64,000 nt of DNA from an uncultured Clostridia bacterium (lineage in GTDB: Bacteria > Bacillota > Clostridia > Christensenellales > UBA1242): NCBI GenBank assembly GCA_944376825.1, contig CALWDY010000027.1, positions 29,583-93,582 of the forward strand. Reading direction: 5' to 3'. This document shows, in pieces, positions 61,340 to 64,000 of this stretch. Position 1 is the first letter of the stretch. The number at the start of each line of letters is the position of its first letter. The notes under the pieces are model-generated. The model ran no database searches. It was not told where the DNA came from and saw only the letters and a list, made by a program, of their open reading frames with translations. A program made the translations under genes and the position numbers.

Positions 61340-62590
61340 TTATCTAAATTTTTTTCTTATTAAATTCTTTTCTTTTCCATTACTGCTTGGCACATAATAA
61401 ATTTTATCTTTTAATTTATCTGGCAAATATTGTTGCTTTACATATCCACCATAATCATGCGGATACTTATATTGTGTTTTGGGGCCATTTATTGAAGGAT
61501 GATTTTTTAAATGATTTGGTATGTTATCATCTTTTACATTTTCCGCATCATCTTTTGCTGCGTTTAATGCAACTACAACAGAATTGGATTTTTCTGCTTC
61601 ACATGCATAAATTATAGCATGACTAAGTGGCAACAAACATTCAGGAAGTCCTAAATTTTGCACAGCAAACATGGCACTTGTTGCCAAAAGCAATGCATTA
61701 CTATCTGCCATACCAATATCTTCGCTAGCATGAGCGATTAGCCTTCTTGCAATGATAAGTGGATCACAACCTGCACTAATTAACCGTTGTGAATAATATA
61801 GTGCCGCATCAGTATCACTGCCTCGTATACTTTTACAAAAACAACTAAGCATGTCATAAAATTGAGTTTCATCTATAGATAATGCTTTTTTTTGAATACT
61901 TTGCTCCGCTACTGTTTTGTCAACTACAATTATTTTATCTTTATTAAGCGGGGTTGTTCTAACTGCAAGTTCCAGTGCGTTAAGTGCCATTCTCAAATCT
62001 CCCGAACTTGCCCAAGCCAAATGTTTTAGAGCATCATCACTTATTTCTATATTTAAATTACCCAACCCGTTTGTTTTATCTACAATTGCCTTTTTCATTG
62101 CATCAATCAAATCTTGATTAGATAATGATTTAAATTCAAACACACGACACCTTGAAACAATTGCTCTTGTCATTGATGTAAAAGGATTTTCAGTTGTAGA
62201 GCCAATAAAAATTATACTACCATCTTCAATTGCCGACAAAACACAATCACTTTGTGCTTTGTTCCATCTATGACATTCATCAAGGAGCAAATATGTTTGT
62301 TTGCCATATAAAGTTTTATTTCTTCTTGCTTCTTCAATTACTTGTTTTGCATCACTTACTCCGCTAGAAACAGCATTTAATTTTCTAAAATTTCCATTTA
62401 AAGTATTTGAAATTATGTTTGCAAGTGTTGTTTTTCCCGTTCCTGGCGGTCCATAAAAAATACAACTGCCAATCTCCCCCATCATTATAGCACGGTTAAG
62501 TAGCATATTCTTTCCAACTATATGTTTTTGACCAACAAAATCATCAAGAGTTTTAGGTCTCATCCTTTCAGCAAGTGGTATTTTTTCCAT
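61340..62590 (-). CDS. rarA: Replication-associated recombination protein A (AAA ATPase RarA/MgsA)
   Basis: PLAERMRPKTLDDFVGQ.H, GPPGTGKTT, LLDECHR..K.QSD and the C-terminal MgsA domain (Y.H.Y......QQYLP). Confidence 0.93.
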   Translation of the reverse strand: MEKIPLAERMRPKTLDDFVGQKHIVGKNMLLNRAIMMGEIGSCIFYGPPGTGKTTLANIISNTLNGNFRKLNAVSSGVSDAKQVIEEARRNKTLYGKQTYLLLDECHRWNKAQSDCVLSAIEDGSIIFIGSTTENPFTSMTRAIVSRCRVFEFKSLSNQDLIDAMKKAIVDKTNGLGNLNIEISDDALKHLAWASSGDLRMALNALELAVRTTPLNKDKIIVVDKTVAEQSIQKKALSIDETQFYDMLSCFCKSIRGSDTDAALYYSQRLISAGCDPLIIARRLIAHASEDIGMADSNALLLATSAMFAVQNLGLPECLLPLSHAIIYACEAEKSNSVVVALNAAKDDAENVKDDNIPNHLKNHPSINGPKTQYKYPHDYGGYVKQQYLPDKLKDKIYYVPSSNGKEKNLIRKKFR

Positions 62591-62623
62591 TCTATCTCCT
62601 GTGTTATTCTAGCACAAAACATG

Positions 62624-64000
62624 CTAAACTACAAGCATTAATTTATCAATTGCATCAAGATTTTGCTTTGATATAAGATTGCAATTATGAAATTTAACAC
62701 CATTTATAAGCATATATTTTTGTGATTTCATATTTTTAAAAACTATTTCTTTTGTTTTATTGTTAAATGTGTAATAAATTACAAAATCCTCTTCAAGTTT
62801 TGTATTGAATTTTAAAAAATTTTCATTTTCAATTAAACCCACATAAAAATGCTTTAACCACAAATAAAAACTTAAACTTGAAAGTTTTTTTTGCTTAAAT
62901 AAAAAATAACACTCTTCAAAATTATCAGCATTTGCATTGTCTAATTCATTTAAATCTTCAAGTATAATTCTATTTGGCAAATAATAATTAATCAAATACT
63001 CTAATGTTTTATTTCTACATTTTATTTTAAAATTAACAATATCATCAATCTTTCTTTTGTATAAAATTAAACTTTCATAAAGATCATTTTTAGTTATTTG
63101 CCTATTGCCAATATATAAAACAAATTGTTCTTCGCTGTTTGGTTTTAAACTAAAACATTTATATAGTTTTAAAAAAGGAAGAGTTATTTCTTTTATCATA
63201 TTATTTGGATATAAATATTTAATGTTTGCACTATTACAAAAAAACAATAATTGATTTTGTAAAATTTCTCTAACCCTTAAACCGTTTGGAATTTTATGAT
63301 ATTCATAATATTTACCTAGCAATTTATAATTATAATTAACCTCAACTCTTTGCATTATGTTTGATTTGTTTAAAATTTTAAAATATAAAAATTCGCCATT
63401 GTTTAAGCATTTTTTTACTTCTACATAAACATTATTGTTATTGTATATCTCGCAAAGAAAATTATTTTCTATTTTTGTATTTGGAACTAATATGTCTTTA
63501 TTATTTTTAATTTCAAAATTATAAAAATTATCTTCTTTTTTTACTTTAAATTTGTTTTCTGTATTTATATTAAGCGCCATTATATTATTTAATAATTTTA
63601 TACTGGCAAACTTAGTGTTTAATATAAAATATTTAATCTTATTTAATTTTTTGAATTTTATAAAATTATCTTCATTAAAAATTAAATTAAATTTAACGTA
63701 ATTTTTTGCATAAATTAAATTTTTTACATATTTTTTGTTGTACTCTTTAACAAAAAAAACAGGCAAATTTATATCAATACCAAAATTTTTAAGAATTATG
63801 TTATCTATGTGTAAATTGTATGTTATTGGAGTTTTATATAATACACAAGATATTATATGGTCAACATCCTTTAATGTTTTTAAGGATTTAAATGTTTTAT
63901 AATTGTTAGTTTTAAAATAATTTAACATTAAACAAACATCTGTAAATGTTTTAGATTTTGGCTTTGCTAAAAAAAATTTTTTTTTACACTTTAAAAATTT
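62624..64000 (-). CDS. Hypothetical N/K/I/F-rich protein; the 5' end lies beyond the right edge
   Basis: The ORF track starts it at the ATG at 63928. I translated the same frame upstream (KFLKCKKKFFLAKPKSKTFTDVCL-M...) and found no stop through position 64000. I did not recognise a family. Confidence 0.5.
   Translation of the reverse strand, partial: KFLKCKKKFFLAKPKSKTFTDVCLMLNYFKTNNYKTFKSLKTLKDVDHIISCVLYKTPITYNLHIDNIILKNFGIDINLPVFFVKEYNKKYVKNLIYAKNYVKFNLIFNEDNFIKFKKLNKIKYFILNTKFASIKLLNNIMALNINTENKFKVKKEDNFYNFEIKNNKDILVPNTKIENNFLCEIYNNNNVYVEVKKCLNNGEFLYFKILNKSNIMQRVEVNYNYKLLGKYYEYHKIPNGLRVREILQNQLLFFCNSANIKYLYPNNMIKEITLPFLKLYKCFSLKPNSEEQFVLYIGNRQITKNDLYESLILYKRKIDDIVNFKIKCRNKTLEYLINYYLPNRIILEDLNELDNANADNFEECYFLFKQKKLSSLSFYLWLKHFYVGLIENENFLKFNTKLEEDFVIYYTFNNKTKEIVFKNMKSQKYMLINGVKFHNCNLISKQNLDAIDKLMLVV

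Overview
This window is 64 kb of AT-rich chromosomal core from an endospore-forming Firmicute, apparently Clostridia-like with a streamlined genome. It contains ytfI/ytfJ, spoIIM, spoIVB, a complete spoIIIAA-AH operon and an unlisted 26-codon spoVM. About 60 genes lie on the minus strand; only rpmB and a cysteine desulfurase are on plus. Most of the content is conserved housekeeping synteny: scpAB, recN-argR, nusB-xseAB, efp, the rimP-nusA-infB-rbfA-truB block, rpsB-tsf-frr-uppS-cdsA-rseP, rpoZ-priA-def-fmt-rlmN-rsgA-rpe, and pcrA-ligA. I found no rRNA, tRNA, CRISPR array, transposase or phage gene.

Five things stand out:
- A roughly 570-610 nt G+C-enriched, ORF-free, highly structured RNA lies between xseB and a 4-TM membrane protein. 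Its position and partner match the published OLE RNA / OapA locus, and it has its own promoter and flanking terminators.
- A 523-aa protein with only PolC-like N-terminal, OB and 3'-5' exonuclease parts sits exactly where full-length polC normally sits.
- Two translationally coupled surface-protein genes of about 1550 codons each (a CarboxypepD_reg-type repeat array and an MBG/Ig-type repeat array) are inserted between rpsB and yloV.
- nusA has a 1-nt frameshift in an A6 run.
- Several genes normally present in these conserved blocks are absent: pyrH, dxr, proS, rsmB, prpC/prkC and coaBC.

All protein calls rest on motif and family recognition by eye plus synteny. No database search was run.
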